A stretch of 64,000 nucleotides of DNA from Anthoceros angustus (lineage: Eukaryota > Plantae > Anthocerotophyta): assembly GCA_010909165.1 (NCBI GenBank), contig VJWM01000103.1:434001-498000 (forward strand), in the 5' to 3' direction. The notes under the pieces are model-generated. The model saw only the letters and a program-made list of their open reading frames with translations, was not told the DNA's origin and did not search any database. Within the stretch, counting starts at the first letter, position 1, and every line of letters begins with the position of its first letter. The translations under genes and the position numbers were made by a program. Shown here piece after piece: positions 39,411 to 56,389 of the stretch.

Positions 39411-39610
39411 TCCTTTCAATAGCTAGCATGCAATGTGGTTTCAACTGACCTCCTTTCAATAGCTAGCATGCAATGTGGTTTCAACTGACCTCCTTTCAAT
39501 AGCTAGCATGCAATGTGGTTTCAACTGACCTCCTTTCAATAGCTCGCATGCAATGTGGTTTCAACTCACTTCCTTTCAATAGCTCGCATGCAATGTGGTT
39601 TCAACTCACC
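39411..39610. repeat. 5 x ~40 bp tandem repeat
   Basis: TCCTTTCAATAGCTAGCATGCAATGTGGTTTCAACTGACC. Confidence 0.95.
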
Positions 39611-40141
39611 ACTTGGAGAAAACCAATCATACATTAGACTTGTGTATAACCTTGCATATAGACTCTTTGACTCCTCCTATTCTAATGTGTGCAGTCTTCT
39701 AGTATTGTAGAGCTGCCATGATGTTCTTGTAGGTCTTCATAGCTATAGTGATTGGAAGCCATAGGTCATGTGTAAATCAATTAATGTAAGTACTCCTCCA
39801 CTTCCTTTTCTTTCTTCCTACATCTCCATCTTCAACACGGATTATGGTGTCCACATATTCTAGAGTAGGACTATTGTCATTTGTGCTTTGGGCCACTGAT
39901 GCTAGCACAATTGTCTTCCTTGGCTGTCTAATAGGGCGTTTCACAATTGCCAATTTTGGGACTTCATTTCACAGTTGCCAATTTTGGGACTTTGCTTGTT
40001 GACTCCTCTTGAGGTATAAAGCTGCTCTTCTCCTATTCTGATTGCTTCTCCTATGCATTGCTCTTTGCGCTTAATCATAAACATATAGATATTTTGAATT
40101 GTCTAATCCTATAAACCATTTTTAAATCCATTAGGCAGTAA

Positions 40142-40366
40142 GGTGCCTAATAGCTATATCAACTACGATCACTTATAAAAAAATTAATTGATCATCATAG
40201 TATTTTATTTAATTGCGGTGCCTAATAGCTATATCAACTACGATCACTTATAAAAAACTTAATTGATCATCATAGTATTCTATTTAATTGCGGTGCCTAA
40301 TAGCTATATCAACTACGATCACTTATATAAAAATTAATTGATCATCATAGTATTCTATTTAATTGC
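40142..40366. repeat. 3 x 75 bp AT-rich tandem repeat
   Basis: GGTGCCTAATAGCTATATCAACTACGATCAC...TTTAATTGC at 40142, 40217, 40292. Confidence 0.95.
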
Positions 40367-40989
40367 GTTCTCTAGATGCCCGTGCAAAATTGTCGTAGAC
40401 CGCCGCCTTAGCATACCGGCTATCATCCGGTAGTCCTCAATCCTATAATATCATCACTTCATGTCCTAACTTCATAATATTGTATGTGCAAAGTACTATA
40501 TTAGATCTATCTATTGTATTAAATTCTTATTAGGCAATGTAGTGCACTCTGCTGTAAATAGGTAGTAAGGCTCTTATAGGATATGTTCTTATGTGTCTCA
40601 TCTTATGCACACATATTATAAAGCTCTTATTTAACCCCTCCTGGCTGGAGGGATATTTCTATCAATTTTGTTTTTCAAAAAAGGATTACTGAATAGGTAA
40701 TTCCTATCATTTTTAGGGGTTTTCTTTTCAGATTTCAGTTTTTAAGCGATAACTAATTACAGAGAATTTTAATCGGGCCATGCTCAGCACCCCAGTCACC
40801 ACGGTGACCTCCTCTTTCTATCCATGTTGTTGGGAAAACATTCCCACGGTGGGTCATCGACTCATTCCGAATGTTGTACCACCCGCTTCTCGGATAGAGA
40901 AACAAATGCTCAGCTGTTTCACACCAAGCCCTAGTGTGGTCCATTGAATTTGCGACCCGCGAACATCTTCCCTGCGCGAGACTGTCAGC

Positions 40990-43763
40990 ATGGGGGACGT
41001 TTCAGACGACGATGACCGACCGCTGGTGAGCCTCGTCCACTGGGTAATTCGGTTCTAGGTTGATGCTGGGATTTTTGGTGAGGGTGAAAGCGCTTCTATG
41101 TTTGACTCTAGCGATCTTCGTGATTGAGCAGGATCCCGGTGAGTCACCTAGTGTGGCTGTTCTGGATGAGGCAGAGGTGCATGAAGGGCTGCGTGCACAA
41201 TTTCCCACCACGTTTGGAAGGCAGGAGTTCAAGGTTGTTTCTCTGGAGACAGTACATGCCAAGACCAGGCGCTCTGAGCATGTCCTCCCTGACTCTGTCG
41301 GCTTGGAGGGCAAGGGCCGAATGGCTCTAAAGTTTGCTCCAGCTGCTGCTGTTGAGAGGAAGGACGCCTCCTTCGTCGGCCCTTTGCCTCCGGCGGAGGC
41401 ATCCGATGACGATGATGCGGATCAAATTGGGCCCCCAATGCCTCCTCTGCAACGAGAAGCGAGCACAACCAGCGAAGATGGAGGATCCAGTGAGGACGAG
41501 GCTGAGGATGAAGGATACCGGATTCCTCTGAGCAATGAAATTGTGCTCAAAGGACCTACCAAGGCATGCAATCTCTGCTTCTCTGGATTTTGAGGTTGGT
41601 CTCGGTTGGAGTGTGGTTCCTCTTTGATTGGTGCATGGACCTATGGTCGTCACTCCATGGGAACGTTGGAGTAGCAGGTTTTGTTGTATTGTCTCCATGT
41701 GTTCACGTACAGGTTCTGTGTCTTGAAAGCTATCTCGAAACCCGTTCTGCAGGTCGTCTCAGCATTAGCCGTTGATCCTTCAGGGTCACGGGTTCTGACT
41801 GGCAGCTTCGACTACAGCGTGCGCATGTATGACTTCCAAGGAATGGATTCCCGACTGCGATCCTTCAGGCAGTTTGAACCGAGTGAGGGTCATCAAGTTC
41901 GGGCACTGAGTTGGAGTCCAACAGCTGATCGATTTCTAGTTGTCACCGGTGCAGCGCAGGCCAAGGTGTGCTCTTCAGTGCCTGGGTGGCTTGCTTGTAG
42001 GAGTGTCATGTTTCAACTTTGTACAATATTCAGCTTTTGTAATCTTCTCAACCACGTGTCTGGAGCAGATATATGATAGAGATGGTCTGACACTAGGGGA
42101 ATACAATAAAGGTGACATGTACATACGAGACCTGAAGAACACAACGGGGCACATCTGTGGTCTAACCGGGGGTGAGTGGCACCCTAAGGAGAAGGACACC
42201 ATATTGACGTGCTCAGAAGATGGGTCTCTGCGCATCTGGGATGTCACCAATTTCAAGACACAGAAGCAGGTGCCAAGATTTTCTTGTGTTTTGAATTAAC
42301 TCATGGTCAGGTTCAAATGTCTAACATCTCCACATGGAATGCAGGTAATAAAACCGAAATTGGCAAGGCCAGGGCGAGTGGCAGTGACAGCTTGTTCGTG
42401 GGGGCTTAATGGCAAGTGTGTTGCGGGAGGTCTGGGGAATGGGTCTGTGCAGGTGACTTACGAGTACCCTAAAGTAGTGCATTGAAGTTGTCTATCTCTC
42501 AGACGCGCCTATTGATACATAAATTCCATGATCTGGCAGGTATGGAATGTGAAAGCTGGGTGGGGTAGCAGGCCAGATATATACATTGAAAAGGCTCATG
42601 AACCTGGTGATGATGTTACGGGTCTTTGTTTCTCTGCTGACGGTCATACTTTGCTGTCGAGAAGCACTGATGGGACTCTTAAGGTGAGTTATCTTTGCTT
42701 AAGGGTTTCTGATCATGGCATCTGCTATCTTCGTCTAATCTCAAAAGAGGTGATACGGTTGGCAGGTATGGGACCTACGACAGTCCAAAAAGGAGCTCAA
42801 AAGGTTCACAAACCTTCCAAATTCGTATGCTCAGACGAATGCATGTTTCAGCCCAGATGAACGTCTCATTCTCACTGGCACTTCTGTAGAGAAGGATGGC
42901 AAGTCAGGAGGGCTGTTGGTGTTCTTTGATAAGCAAAACTTTGATCTAGTGCAGCAAGTAGGTGTTTCAACGACTCAAAGTGTCGTCCGCACTGTCTGGC
43001 ATCCCAAGCTTAATCAGGTATTTTTCTTCTCGCTTTTCGTCTGCAAATTTTGAATTTGTTACTTGGATGTGTCACACCGTGGGTGGAACTGAAAACAAGT
43101 GCTTGACATACCGTACCATGTGGTCGACATTTCTGCATCCTATTTCCATGTGCAGTAACTGGATAGCTCACTTGTGTATTCTGTCTGTGTACACAGGTTT
43201 TCGCTACCACTGGAGATAAGAAAGAGGGTGGGACGCACATTTTATATGACCCGGCTATGAGTGAAAGGGGAGCTCTTGTATGTGTCGCAAGGGCACCACG
43301 CCAGAAGTCAGTTGATGACTTTGAGGCTCCTCCTGTGGTGCACAATCCCCATGCGCTGCCCATGTTCAGACCAGAACCAAGCCTCAAACGTCAAAGGCAG
43401 AAAGCACGGAATGATCCGATCAAGTCTAGAAGACCCGATTTACCTGTTACAGGTCCTGGCTATGGTGGGCGAGTAGGAACAACTAAAGGAAGTCTGCTCA
43501 CTCAATATCTTCTTAAGGTAATGGGACTTTCTTCTGTCGTATGTCAGCCCTTTATGATCCATCTTATCTTTATGGTCCATCTTACGTGAACCGTGTTTCA
43601 GGAGGGGGGATTGATCAAGGAGACGTGGATGGACGAGGACCCCAGGGAAGCTATTCTAAAGCACGCGGACGCAGCAGCCAAAGATCCGAGATATATCGCT
43701 CCTGCCTACGCTGAGACGCAGCCTCAGAGCATCTTTGCTGCATCGGAATCAGATGAGGAGTAG
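40990..43763 (+). CDS. WDR70: WD40-repeat protein, WDR70/GAD-1 homolog, multi-exon
   Basis: GLRAQFPTTFGRQ, VSALAVDPSGSRVLTGSFDYSVRMYDFQGMD, KGDMYIRDLKNTTGH, PHALPMFR, WMDEDPREAILK, IAPAYAETQP; start codon inferred. Confidence 0.9.
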
Positions 43764-43941
43764 TGCGGAGGAAACGGCCCAGTTGTCGTATTTGTTACTG
43801 TGTATTTCGGCTACTAAGGTCGAGCAGTGGATGAATATTGATGATGTTGCGTGATACTTGTTGAAGGGAACGTATAGGTCCGCATTAAAGGGACTTCTGG
43901 CGTCCAGATGTGATCATTAGGGAGAGCAGTGGCTATATACC

Positions 43942-48596
<4,655 letters not shown>

Positions 48597-49583
48597 AACT
48601 GCAGCCCTTCTGTGGACACACGAAGACAAAACTCAAACCGAGCCCCTTGGAATACTCCACACAGCGGTCGTGACAAAATGTTACCTGACTGGATATGTGG
48701 AGGGTTACAGTGTGGGATCGCTGGACAGGAGATTGCAACTCGGCTCGCAACCAAATTTCCACCGAATCGGTTGCCAGATCATTTGGCCTGCCTTCACGTG
48801 GTATCACAGTGTGCTGTCATGGCAGGCACACCGACCTAACCACTATCCCTTCATCGACCATATTACGATCAGACGATGAATGAACCACCTCAACTGCCAG
48901 TTCTCTTCGCAAAAACACGGTGTCACAGAAACGTTCAGTAAGAAGCAATAGACATCTGACAATAGCAAAAGGAAGCACACCCCACGCAATCACCATAAGC
49001 AAACCCAAAGCCCACCACCGTTTACAAGACTGATAAATTCCACCATCAAACCATGTGAGTTCCCGCACAGGGCTATTGTTTCCTGTAAGCTAGCAACCTT
49101 CAAGGCAGGACTGGGAGAGAGGAAGGCTGCCCGCCATTATGGCCAAGCCTGCCTGCCATCCAGAGGAAGCCAGGCTGGGCCAGAACGAAGGGAAGCGGAA
49201 GCAAGACAAGGAAAGGTAAAAACCGTCTACGCTTTTTAACCTCTTGCTCAGGCCCACACACTGCAAGATAAAATAAGCTGCGGCTTTTCACCTCCACACT
49301 TAACTCGGGTCGGGCTCCACGACGCTTACACAGTTATGGTGGCCTAGATCCCCAGATTCTGCATGTGATTTGCGTTCCGTTGCTGGCTTGCCAATGCCAA
49401 TCCATGGTTTCCTCCGAACGCTCCCAGGCTCCAGCGTGCTTGAAAGGCAGGTGATGAAGGAGCGCAGGGATGCTGCTTACCGACCGTTATGTATCAACGT
49501 ACCAGCTGCTTTGGGGTTTCCGCTGACGGTCACGAGGATCAGTTTTTCTTTGCTGGCATTTCCAGTGGCTGAGGTGCTGGCCG

Positions 49584-51164
49584 TTGAAATGTGCTTTTGC
49601 CCAGCAGGAGCTGAGAAAGCTTTGGAGCAGCAGTGATGCTAAGGTGGGGAGAATGGGGCCGGAGTTTGGCTTTCGCCCTTTTTGTGAAGGCTGCTCCATT
49701 GCCCGGCTGCTCAGCGGCTTCAAAGTGTCATATTTGGCTCTGAGGGGGTTGCAGGGCTCGTCCGCGTCCTGGAATGGTTCGTTCGAGGCATACAATGGGA
49801 GCTTCAGAGTGAAGACCAGGAGCGTCCGAGGGTTCACAGGAGGGTTTTGCGGGCTGAGGACCTCAGTTAATGCCCGGGGCAGCTCAACGCGAATTGGACG
49901 AGCGAGAGGTGACGTGATTGGCCGGGCACGTCGTCATAGGTTGAGAGCTGTTCGGGATTCTGATGGGCCTGGTGAAGGATTTGAACTCCAGCGGACTGAT
50001 GCTGGAAGAGAGATTGTCTCTAACAACCCAGCATCGACAGGTGCGAATGCAGCTGTTGGAACCGGCTCCGCTGGTGTGTGCAATGAAATCGGCAATGCCA
50101 TTGGAGGTGTTGCAGTCGGGCTAGGAGCTGCAGAGATTGCAGGTGAATGTCTGGGCTGCATACCGGGGAAGTCTTCTGTGAGAGCAATAGTCAAGCATAT
50201 CAAGGCTGCTGATGGAGTTGTTAAGGGTGTGAAAGCCGCCACTGGGGTGTTGGAGGGCTTGCGAATGCCGGCCGAAGATTTCCTGCAGTCCCTGGGGAAT
50301 GGCAATGGAATTGTTGCAGGCCTAAAAGCTGCCGAGCTTGTTGTAAAGAGTGTAAAGGTGTCCAAGGGTGTTGCTACCGTTGTGAAAGCTTTCAACAAAA
50401 GGTTGAGAGGCAAATCAAATGCTGCCGGAAGTATGAAAGATGGGGTTGTAGATCGCTTTCAGGTGTTAACCGTCATGGGAAAGAAACTCAAAGCTCCAGC
50501 AGCCGCTCTGAAAATTTTGAAGATGAGCATGAGCGTAGGGAAGGGCGGAGGCGAGATTGGAATCTCGGATCTCTTAAACTGGAACACCCTAAGGAAGACA
50601 TACAAGCTCTCGAAAAATGCCTTGACAGTCGTGGAAGTTGTTACTAGCTTGAAGGGTGGGGTGGTCAGCATGGTTGGAAAAGGGCTAGTGGGCATGCGAG
50701 GAGCTGTGGATGGTTTGGGGGTTATGATCAAGGCTGCTTGTCTGTCGAAGAAGATGTTTGTTTTCGTCATCAAAGCAGTTGGTCTGTCCAAGTGTGCCCT
50801 GCAAGCCTTTCTGGCCGTCTCTTCAAAGCAGGAGGCGTCAGGCGAACCACAAGACAGCCAGGAGATCCTTGAAGCAGATGTATATGGCGCAGCCATGGCT
50901 GTACCTGTCTACGTTGAGATCAGGAAGGCAGATTTTCACTGTCCCCCTCTAATATTGTCTGGAGTGCAGGAAAACTACAGCCGTCGTGGGCAACCTGATG
51001 TGTTTCTAAGCATAGCCGCTTTCCTCATGCTGGGGCAGCATAGGTATGCCTGTGCTCCCTCAGCCGTGGTACCCAGCTCATGTGGTCCTTGCCACCACGG
51101 GACTTCGCCAAACCTCTTCTCCCTAGCGTTCCCTGTCCATACTCAGACAGGAAGGAACCTGTAG
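49584..51164 (+). CDS. Hypothetical Gly/Val/Lys-rich protein (start uncertain; first in-frame ATG ~49653)
   Basis: 526-codon open frame with repeated amphipathic VKGVKAA-type segments; no domain recognised. Confidence 0.65.
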   Translation: MKCAFAQQELRKLWSSSDAKVGRMGPEFGFRPFCEGCSIARLLSGFKVSYLALRGLQGSSASWNGSFEAYNGSFRVKTRSVRGFTGGFCGLRTSVNARGSSTRIGRARGDVIGRARRHRLRAVRDSDGPGEGFELQRTDAGREIVSNNPASTGANAAVGTGSAGVCNEIGNAIGGVAVGLGAAEIAGECLGCIPGKSSVRAIVKHIKAADGVVKGVKAATGVLEGLRMPAEDFLQSLGNGNGIVAGLKAAELVVKSVKVSKGVATVVKAFNKRLRGKSNAAGSMKDGVVDRFQVLTVMGKKLKAPAAALKILKMSMSVGKGGGEIGISDLLNWNTLRKTYKLSKNALTVVEVVTSLKGGVVSMVGKGLVGMRGAVDGLGVMIKAACLSKKMFVFVIKAVGLSKCALQAFLAVSSKQEASGEPQDSQEILEADVYGAAMAVPVYVEIRKADFHCPPLILSGVQENYSRRGQPDVFLSIAAFLMLGQHRYACAPSAVVPSSCGPCHHGTSPNLFSLAFPVHTQTGRNL

Positions 51165-51556
51165 GCTGTAATTAACGACGCGCAGATAGGGCTTTTCTTA
51201 CATACATCATGGAACAGAAGCGAGAGGGCAACCATTGCAGGAAGCGAACCTGCAAACGCTAAACGCTGGTTAGTCGTGGCTTCTGCGGTGTTCCATGGTT
51301 GCTATTTCACTTTACAGCAGGCATGATTTGCAAATTCAGGTAAATTTGTACAAGACAGAGGTCGTTCGTTGAAAAAACAACACTGCGTTGCGCAACGGTA
51401 GCCAAAGAGTAAAGCAGTGTATCTTTACTGATTCTCGCTAGCGAACAAGCAGAGCAATCTCAGAAGGTATCTGTAAACTGCGAAAGCCCTCAAGCTTTGC
51501 CTCTGCCCTCATTTGCTCTCAAATACACCACCCGCCTGGCACCCTCTTCGTGTATC

Positions 51557-52042
51557 CTATTTTGCAAAGCATTTTTGCGAAGGTGACAGATCACCTGTTA
51601 CCCCTTGAATTTCAGTATCAGAGGTTGTAAGATCGGGCCAGCACGACCGATCTGCCTTGCTTTTGGCAGACACCGTTCGCGATTCCCATGGAGGAGCCTT
51701 CCTCTTGCCGCAGCCATCGCGCCTGTTGTCGACTTCTAGGAGTTGATGCAACTGGTCGCGGCTGGGATGGCAGCTCCGTTCTTCAGCAGTCCCAAGGTTC
51801 CCGACTCCACACTCACGCGCCCCTTTCAAGTGTAACAATTCCACAGCGAGGTCGCGGGAAAGGATGGTGTAGATTGCAATCTGGCGACGCAGCACCTCCA
51901 CCTGCTCGTCCGTCATGCCTGTAGACCCTTGTTCGAAACCGTCCCCGAGCTCGCTCTCTGGACGCGAAGGATGGCAGTAGGGAGCCGTGCAACTGCAACC
52001 GTTGTCGCTACCACTCCAGGCGGCGGCTGTTCTTCCCTGCAT
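51557..52042 (-). CDS. WOX13-clade-derived protein with N-terminal WOX13 motif and collapsed homeodomain
   Basis: MTDEQVEVLRRQIAIYTILSRDL matches the WOX13-clade motif (MTDEQxExLRxQIxxYxxIC); remnant R..HPSRDQL..LE and NRR...KRK. Confidence 0.65.
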   Translation of the reverse strand: MQGRTAAAWSGSDNGCSCTAPYCHPSRPESELGDGFEQGSTGMTDEQVEVLRRQIAIYTILSRDLAVELLHLKGARECGVGNLGTAEERSCHPSRDQLHQLLEVDNRRDGCGKRKAPPWESRTVSAKSKADRSCWPDLTTSDTEIQGVTGDLSPSQKCFAK

Positions 52043-52868
52043 GCTCCTCTTCACAATCTTGAAGGATAGAGCGGCATGCTCTATATCATGACTGCAGTTG
52101 TGAGCTACCCGCCTGGAGTGTTCCTCCCCGGACAGGTGCGGAGACAAGCAGCAAACTCGGCCAATCGCACGCGCAACTCATGACTCGTGTGATTTCTGAT
52201 TCCGCGGTCCAATCTGCCCGGGAAAACTTGGACGCACCGGAACTCCGAGCGGGCTCAAGTTTTGCTCGCTGATATTTTTTACCCCGCGGTTTTCTCTGTA
52301 TGACCTGACATACGGGAGATGGCAATAAGGCATGTCGGTGCCAGGTGGTGACGCAGCAATCCTAGCTACATCGCCCTAGTTGCAGGCTGAGGCGCTATTA
52401 CAGATCGAAATGTTCGGACATTCCTCGAGTTGGCACTGCGTGCTCGAGATCAGACTGGCTCTCACCCATTGGTTTCTCTGCACTTTGCAGTTTGCACACT
52501 TGCACTCTGCTGACCATGGACATGTTTAGAACGGTGTATGTGGTACCTCATGTTGCAATGCTATAACACCAGGCGGTGAGTGCATGGCCTGTTCGTGAAC
52601 CATGGATGTGCATGCTCTATGGGGAAGTGGCAGCTAGGTATAGAAGCCCCATAATGGCCCTCTGGTCGACTGGAGCAAGGAGCTATCCTCCGGGCTTGCA
52701 TTCAAACAACACCACCAAAATGTAGGTGACTCAGAGACTGAGGTATCTCTTTCCCTCCAGTGGTTGGATCTCTAGTACTAGGTTGCAAGTCAGTTGCTTA
52801 CTATGTACTTACTGCATACCGCCCGTGCAAAGGCACAACCTGTAGCCTGCCGGTATTTTCCAGGGGGA

Positions 52869-53456
52869 TCACAAGCCGCAGGGCTGGGAAAGCAACCGGC
52901 ATCTGTGTTGGTGCGCCGCAGGACACCGTTGGTGATGTGCGCTTCTCCAATCCCGTTCCACAGCCGGTTTGGATGCGTCAGAGTCTTTCGGGATCCATGG
53001 GAGGTCGGCAACCTCGAACAGATGCGCGGGAATGGTTTGCGATATAGCTTGCGCACAATCCGATATGGGAGCAAGTCCTTTGTCAAGTTTACTGTCTGGC
53101 ATGAGAATTGCAGGCACGGAAGAGTAACTGAACTGAAGAGAGTGGCGGCGTAAGAAAGTTTGGCCGTCACCCTTAGGCTCACCACGTTCGCGGGGGAAGC
53201 AGGTGGAATCGTGGTGCCCGCCCGACGCTTGCGCGGCCGTCGTCCCCTGGTTGCAGCAGGGTTGCCGGTGCTGCAACTTCGCGCGGTTCGATTCGCCATC
53301 GCGTTTGTCCTCGACCTTGGTTCCGGCATCTTGGGCTTGCGCACGGCGTGCGGCCGCCGCCGCGTTAAACTTGTGCGTGTCGTCCGTCAGCCGCTGCCGG
53401 TCCCAGCCCACCGGCTCCTCCTCCACGCCAACGCTCGCGCCTCCTGATGCCGCCAT
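52869..53456 (-). CDS. Hypothetical protein (possibly the last exon of a gene with TATA at ~53805)
   Basis: GC-rich ORF; CTATAAATAG on the minus strand upstream; no domain recognised. Confidence 0.3.
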   Translation of the reverse strand: MAASGGASVGVEEEPVGWDRQRLTDDTHKFNAAAAARRAQAQDAGTKVEDKRDGESNRAKLQHRQPCCNQGTTAAQASGGHHDSTCFPRERGEPKGDGQTFLRRHSLQFSYSSVPAILMPDSKLDKGLAPISDCAQAISQTIPAHLFEVADLPWIPKDSDASKPAVERDWRSAHHQRCPAAHQHRCRLLSQPCGL

Positions 53457-55609
53457 CGTAGCCCAATGCGTAAGCGAGTCTGGAAAAGTTTCGCAGAAGT
53501 CGTTCCAGCCTCCACCAGGCACTAACAGTGCGCCGTGAGCACTGGAGTGTTACTGCAGCAATAACAGATTGTCGAGCTGCTTCCCTAACTTAAGCAGCAG
53601 ACTTGTGGAGCAGATGACGTCTCACAATGGACGTAAGAGTCGCGCCAAATTTTGCGCGATTGCTAGCAGCGCGTCGGGAACTCTCTAGACTCTCTCCGAC
53701 CTGTCCAAACATTTCAGCAACCACCCTGGAGCTCCAGTTTTTGGTACAGACCTACATTGCACGCCCCATTTTCCAGGATGCCTCCTACGAGCGAGTGACG
53801 ACGTCTATTTATAGAGATTCTGACAACCTGGCGTCCATCCCAGCGCCCAGTGCTTCTACTCGTGCCACCACCGTGAACGTCCACATGGCTTCCAGTATGA
53901 CAAGCAAACCATGTGCACGTCCTACGTCTTTCCTGGCTTTTCTACTTCTTCGTAGCATCTACACATGTTTATCCGATGTCCGAAGCTTTATAAAGATCCA
54001 AAAAACTTCCGATGAGCCCGGCAGGGCGGCAGGAAAGCGGATCTAAACGACAGACGAACTGGCAGCGACAGTAGGCTTCCCCCGATCGGGCTTCCATTAG
54101 CCCTTGGGATAATCCCCTGCACTTTCAGGACATTCAGGAAAGTCAGACGTTTCTTCCTGACTGATTCAGTTATCTAATCAATAAGTCCTGCGTTCCTCTG
54201 CTGAATGGCTGGTTTTCACTCTCACAAAGGTCACGGGTGCGGTTGCAATTGACAAGGACTAACTTTTCACTGAGGCCATGTCCAGTAGTGGTTGGGGACA
54301 AACCCACAGTTCCGACCTGCTCCATGCTACCTAATTCACGCGGCCTGCCGGTGCAGCGATAGAGCTACTCGACCTTCTGTCCCATAGAGATAACCGACCA
54401 TAGGAGTGAGCTCTCCATCTCTTTAGAACCTACCTAGCATCTCAGGGCACGCTCCTCTCGAAACCGTCCTATTGCAAGGTCACTGCTTGGGCACTACAGC
54501 TGCAAGGTCGCTGCTTGAACACTACAGCTGTTACAGAGAACAAGGCTCAGTGGTAATAAGGGAGCTAGCAACCGTGGTGGCTTCAGCTTCGACATGTGCT
54601 TCACATTATTCCAGTGGCCCACACCTCATGGCACACTCCAGAAGACGCAGGTTGCTCATGTGACATTGCTTTGTCTACTGGCTGAAGTTCTCCGGCAGAA
54701 CCTACACCGACCACCGTGCTCAGATGGACCAACTAGTCTTCTCGTCTTCCTTGCCACTCTGTCAGTTACATGGACACATGCACTTCTGACTCATGCACAT
54801 CGGGAAACAATGCAGTCGAATGTGAAGCAGGAGCTCGCAAGTACAGTTGGCTAGGAAGCAGCAATTCAGCAACAGTGGACATCATACGACTTGTGTCTTG
54901 AATTCCTCATAGGAAGTTGTCTGCCTGAAGGCGTTGCGTAACAACAACAAACTCCCAGCAGTGGCTATTCTCACCAGTGAGGTTTCATTCCAGCGTCCAT
55001 ACCAGCTTGCTAGACACCTGAATTCGTCCTGAATGGCGACAGCAGTCCATGACTGTAGAAAAATCTCCCGAGAGCTTCCGTGCCACGAGTACTTCATAAA
55101 AAAATGCACGAGTTGGATGCACAACACGACACGAAAAGACACAACAAGAAAAGCTCAAGGAAGAAGAACGCAGCCAAAGTGGCTTGGATGCAGACAAACC
55201 CTGGGGGTTGCCTCTGTATTACATACAGACGAAAGGGAAGTGTATACAAATTGCTACAATCGTCTGGGCACGAACCGATGCGCAAGGAAGAGGTGTCCCG
55301 GCATGTTGGACGGCAGGAAACCTAGGGATGCTGTTTTGACAGCATACACGTCAGCTAGGAAATTTTCGCCAGGTTCCCGAGGACCTGCTGGACCTGCGAA
55401 ATCACCATACGCACCCCCACCCCTAAGAGTCAGCAACATAAGAGCAACAACGCAGCCACAAACCTTGACGGCCCCTTTCCACACTTCCATCACCAAAGCC
55501 GCCAACTAGTGTGGACATAAAACACCAGCAGCTAGCTAGGGCACACTTCCCAACATAACGGAAGCAAGCATCCAATGCGCTCACCAGCACAAGCTGAGGC
55601 CGCGGGGAC

Positions 55610-56389
55610 TCATGCAGCCACCACCCCGAGCTCCTTCTTGATATCCTTCTCGATGCTCTTGGGAGACGTGGTAGGCGCATACCGATTCACCACCTTCCCG
55701 TCTCTGTCCACCAAGAACTTGGTGAAGTTCCACTTGATGGCCTCGCCCAGAATGGAGCCCTTGCTGGCCTTGAGGAACTTGTAGAGCGGCGCGGCGTCGG
55801 GCCCGTTCACGTCCACCTTGTCGAAGATGGGGAACTCCGCCTTGAACCTGCTGCACGCGAACTCCTTGATCTCCGAGTTGCTGCCGGGCTCCTGCGCCCC
55901 GAACTGGTTGGAGGGGAAGGCCAGAATCTCCAGCCCCAGGTCCTTGTACTTGGTGTAGAGCTCCGTGAGCTCCTTGTAGTTGGACTGGGTGAGGCCGCAC
56001 TGCGACGCCACGTTCACCACCAAGAGCACCTTGCCGCGGTACTGGGACAGGCTCACGTCCTTCCCATCGATATCCTTCACCGCGAACTCGTGCACGCTGG
56101 TCTCCGTGGGCGCGGACGAGGACGAGCCGTGGGCACCCATGCTGGCAGCGCACCAGCGGACGGAAGCGCGGCGGGAGGAAGGCGAGGACGCGGACAACGG
56201 CGGGGTCAGGGACCCTGGTGAGGACTTGGAGATGGCGCAACTTGAACCGCCCAGCGAGCTTTGCAGTGGTGCAGAGCGCGGAGGGCAGGAGAGCAGCACA
56301 GCTCGCGAAGGAGGCGATCCGGAACCACACAGCGTGCGCACTGCGTGCCCCAGACGGCAGCTGGGCCTAAGGGGACCAACCGGCCCCAT
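55610..56389 (-). CDS. GPX: Glutathione peroxidase-like (phospholipid hydroperoxide/thioredoxin type), intronless, with transit peptide
   Basis: [50 protein letters not shown]. Confidence 0.95.
   Translation of the reverse strand: MGPVGPLRPSCRLGHAVRTLCGSGSPPSRAVLLSCPPRSAPLQSSLGGSSCAISKSSPGSLTPPLSASSPSSRRASVRWCAASMGAHGSSSSAPTETSVHEFAVKDIDGKDVSLSQYRGKVLLVVNVASQCGLTQSNYKELTELYTKYKDLGLEILAFPSNQFGAQEPGSNSEIKEFACSRFKAEFPIFDKVDVNGPDAAPLYKFLKASKGSILGEAIKWNFTKFLVDRDGKVVNRYAPTTSPKSIEKDIKKELGVVAA

Noticed and set aside
38835-39459. MULE transposase remnant on the minus strand
   Set aside because: Only vague resemblance; no DDE motifs or TIRs could be identified.
38435-40366. CRISPR-like arrays
   Set aside because: Repeats are head-to-tail without unique spacers; no cas genes; eukaryotic context.
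55254-55505. Small secreted peptide ORF (hydrophobic N-terminus)
   Set aside because: Lies in the probable GPX 3' UTR, with no recognisable peptide motif or promoter.
55610-56389. Selenocysteine GPX
   Set aside because: The active-site codon is TGC (Cys); there is no in-frame TGA.
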